Below are positions 39,181 to 41,164 of a stretch of 41,164 bases of DNA, piece after piece. Each line of letters opens with the position of its first letter. Position 1 is the stretch's first letter. Under the pieces are notes generated by a model. That model did no database searches and had not been told where the DNA came from. It worked only from the letters and a program-made list of their open reading frames with translations. This stretch comes from an uncultured Dehalococcoidia bacterium (lineage in GTDB: Bacteria; Chloroflexota; Dehalococcoidia; Lucifugimonadales; UBA3495), in NCBI GenBank assembly GCA_950072105.1, contig CATMOE010000031.1, forward strand, positions 1 to 41,164, given 5' to 3'. A program made the translations under genes and the position numbers.

Positions 39181-39567
39181 TCAGAGCAGGTGGACCACGG
39201 CTTCAACCTCTACCAGTAGCTCCGGCCGCACCAACCCAGCCACGATGACGGTAGAACTGGCGGGCGGATTGCTGGGGAATGTCTCCGCCCTCACTTTGCT
39301 ATAGGCGGGATAGTTGGCGACATCGGTAAGGAAACAGGTGATCTTTACCACGTTGTTCATGCTTCCTCCAACCGCTTTCACGACCGCCTGTACGTTGGCC
39401 ATGACCTGCCGGGTTTGAGCTTCGCAGTCGTTCTCACCCACTACATTTCCTGAAGCATCAACCGCGATCTGTCCAGATACGTACAGGGTATCTCCCACTT
39501 GGATCCCCGGAGAAAGGGCGGGATTAGGCGGCATTCCGGGAGGGATGATGGGCTTTCTTTCCGCCAT
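39181..39567 (-). CDS. RidA/YjgF family protein
   Basis: LYVSGQI, QTRQVM.N, VVKIT, PPASS and LVEVEA. Confidence 0.93.
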   Translation of the reverse strand: MAERKPIIPPGMPPNPALSPGIQVGDTLYVSGQIAVDASGNVVGENDCEAQTRQVMANVQAVVKAVGGSMNNVVKITCFLTDVANYPAYSKVRAETFPSNPPASSTVIVAGLVRPELLVEVEAVVHLL

Positions 39568-39688
39568 GTATTACGCCTCCAGAAGGTGTTGACTTATCTA
39601 GTTATTTAGCCTTTTCGACGCCTGTGGATCGGCCCCCGATCATTTGGATCCATGATCCGAAGCAACCAAAAAGAACCCACCGGTCAGT

Positions 39689-40876
39689 CTATTCCGTTCG
39701 TTGGAAGATTGTAGCCACGCCTTGTCCGCCGCCCACGCACATGGTAACCAAGCCCAACTCGTCACCGCGTAACTCCATCTCTTCCATCAGTTTGACGGTC
39801 ATGATCGCGCCGGTAGCGCCGACCGGATGGCCTAGGCTGATGCCGCTGCCGTTGACGTTGGTCTTCTCCAGGTCCATGTTCAACTCTCGCATGCAATAGA
39901 GAGCCTGGGAGGCGAAGGCCTCGTTGAGCTCGATGAGGCCGATGTCGTCGATCGACATGCCAGCCTTACCTAGAGCCTTGCGTACCGCGGGGACGGGGCC
40001 GATACCCATGATGGCGGGCTCGACTCCGGAAACGGCGCGAGTATGCCAACGCATCCTGGGCTTGACGCCTAGCTCAGCGGCTTTTTCAGCGGACATAATC
40101 ACCACCGCGGCGGCGCCGTCGTTGATACTTGAAGCGTTGCCGGCGGTAACCGTCCCGTCCTTTTTGAATACAGGATTAAGCTGTGCCAGCCGTTCCACGG
40201 TGGAATCTTCGCGAGGACCCTCGTCCCGGGACACTACGATAGGGTCGCCCCGGCGTTGCGGTACAGTCACCGAAGAGATCTGGCGATCAAACCGTCCATC
40301 TTTTATGGCGGCCACCGCCCGTTGGTGACTGATGGCGGCCAACTCGTCCTGGTCCTCACGGCTGACGCCGAAACGCTCGGCCACGTTCTCGGCGGTTACG
40401 CCCATGTGGTAAAGATTCACCGGGCATCCCAGTCCTTTCGTCAGGCTATCGGTGAGGGCGCCGTCTCCCATACCGAGGCCGTCGAACCGTGCCTTGTAGC
40501 CGATGAGGTAGGGGGACTGGCTCATGTTTTCAATGCCGCCGGCGACGACGATGTCCACCTCGCCGGTTTTGACCATTAGGGCAGCCATGTTTATGGCTTC
40601 GAGGCCAGAGGAGCACTGCCGGTTGATGGCGATCGTAGGTACCTCATCGGGGATACCTGCCCCTATGGAGGCCAACCGCGCGGCGTAACCGGCCTCGGCG
40701 GTCTGCAGAGCGTTGCCAAGCACCACCTCATCGACCTGGTCAGGACGTATGTTGGCCTGTTCAAGCGCGGATCTGATGACCAAGGATCCTAGCTCCGACG
40801 CCGAAACGTCCTTGAAAGCGCCTCCGAAGCGACCGATTGGCGTGCGGGCACCGCTGACGATGACGACCTCTTGCAT
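39689..40876 (-). CDS. Acetyl-CoA C-acyltransferase (thiolase)
   Basis: RTPIG, INRQCSSG, NEAFA, GHPVGATG and CVGGGQG. GGGAGG RBS before ATG 40876. Confidence 0.96.
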   Translation of the reverse strand: MQEVVIVSGARTPIGRFGGAFKDVSASELGSLVIRSALEQANIRPDQVDEVVLGNALQTAEAGYAARLASIGAGIPDEVPTIAINRQCSSGLEAINMAALMVKTGEVDIVVAGGIENMSQSPYLIGYKARFDGLGMGDGALTDSLTKGLGCPVNLYHMGVTAENVAERFGVSREDQDELAAISHQRAVAAIKDGRFDRQISSVTVPQRRGDPIVVSRDEGPREDSTVERLAQLNPVFKKDGTVTAGNASSINDGAAAVVIMSAEKAAELGVKPRMRWHTRAVSGVEPAIMGIGPVPAVRKALGKAGMSIDDIGLIELNEAFASQALYCMRELNMDLEKTNVNGSGISLGHPVGATGAIMTVKLMEEMELRGDELGLVTMCVGGGQGVATIFQRTE

Positions 40877-41086
40877 TGACGACCTCCCTAACCTTTCACT
40901 GGTTTCCGTGATGATCCATGCGGACGCCGAAACGATACCACAGCCACAAGTTAGGGGCAATGACGGATCGATGGCCGGCCGTAAATCACAGGCCGGATGT
41001 TCTCGTTGGACTAAACGGGTCAAAGAGCTTGCGGACTCTTGAGATGGTCAAGAGCGGGTATTCGGCTTCGATGGTTTGGAGGTTCC

Positions 41087-41124
41087 AAAAATTAACAAGG
41101 CCCCGGGGAATCTCCCCGGGGCCT
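41087..41124 (-). terminator. Rho-independent terminator of a gene beyond the right edge
   Basis: 12-bp stem AGGCCCCGGGGA-NNN-TCCCCGGGGCCT followed on the minus strand by TGTTAATTTTT. Confidence 0.75.
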
Positions 41125-41164
41125 CTGATGCTGCCGCTAACCGTACGACTGGTGGGGGCAATCA

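Noticed and set aside
41150..41164. Minus-strand TGATTGCCCCCACCA at the right edge, ending in CCA just before a terminator (possible tRNA 3' end)
   Set aside because: Only 15 nt are visible, it reads equally well as a CDS end (DCPHQSYG*), and it does not match the 8834-8852 fragment beyond CCACCAGTC.

Overview
This is a GC-rich bacterial window dominated by catabolic paralogs: three luciferase-like monooxygenases, three SDRs, several amidohydrolase/amidase/M20/M24 hydrolases, a Rieske oxygenase, a GMC oxidoreductase, a family III CoA-transferase, two VOC proteins and a thiolase. That inventory, together with an archaellin-type gene, suggests SAR202-like Dehalococcoidia (Chloroflexota); the taxonomy is inferred, not proven. 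Four things stand out. (1) A hidden 408-aa PrdB/GrdB-family selenoprotein at 33577-34803, with an in-frame TGA in a U-x-x-C motif and a SECIS-like hairpin, which the ORF track splits in two. (2) An orphan cassette of a CheY-like receiver plus an archaellin. The archaellin is frameshifted by an exact 7-bp tandem duplication, and the cassette is bracketed by a 51-bp imperfect direct repeat. (3) An AT-richer islet encoding an unannotated 37-aa membrane peptide, a DUF2513-like protein and a frameshifted SIR2-like protein, a candidate defence module. (4) A 19-nt tmRNA/tRNA-Ala-like 3' end that looks like an att scar. There are also REP-like palindromes and two damaged VOC genes. No rRNA, complete tRNA, CRISPR array, integrase or transposase was seen. 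All product calls come from motif recognition by eye, not from database searches.
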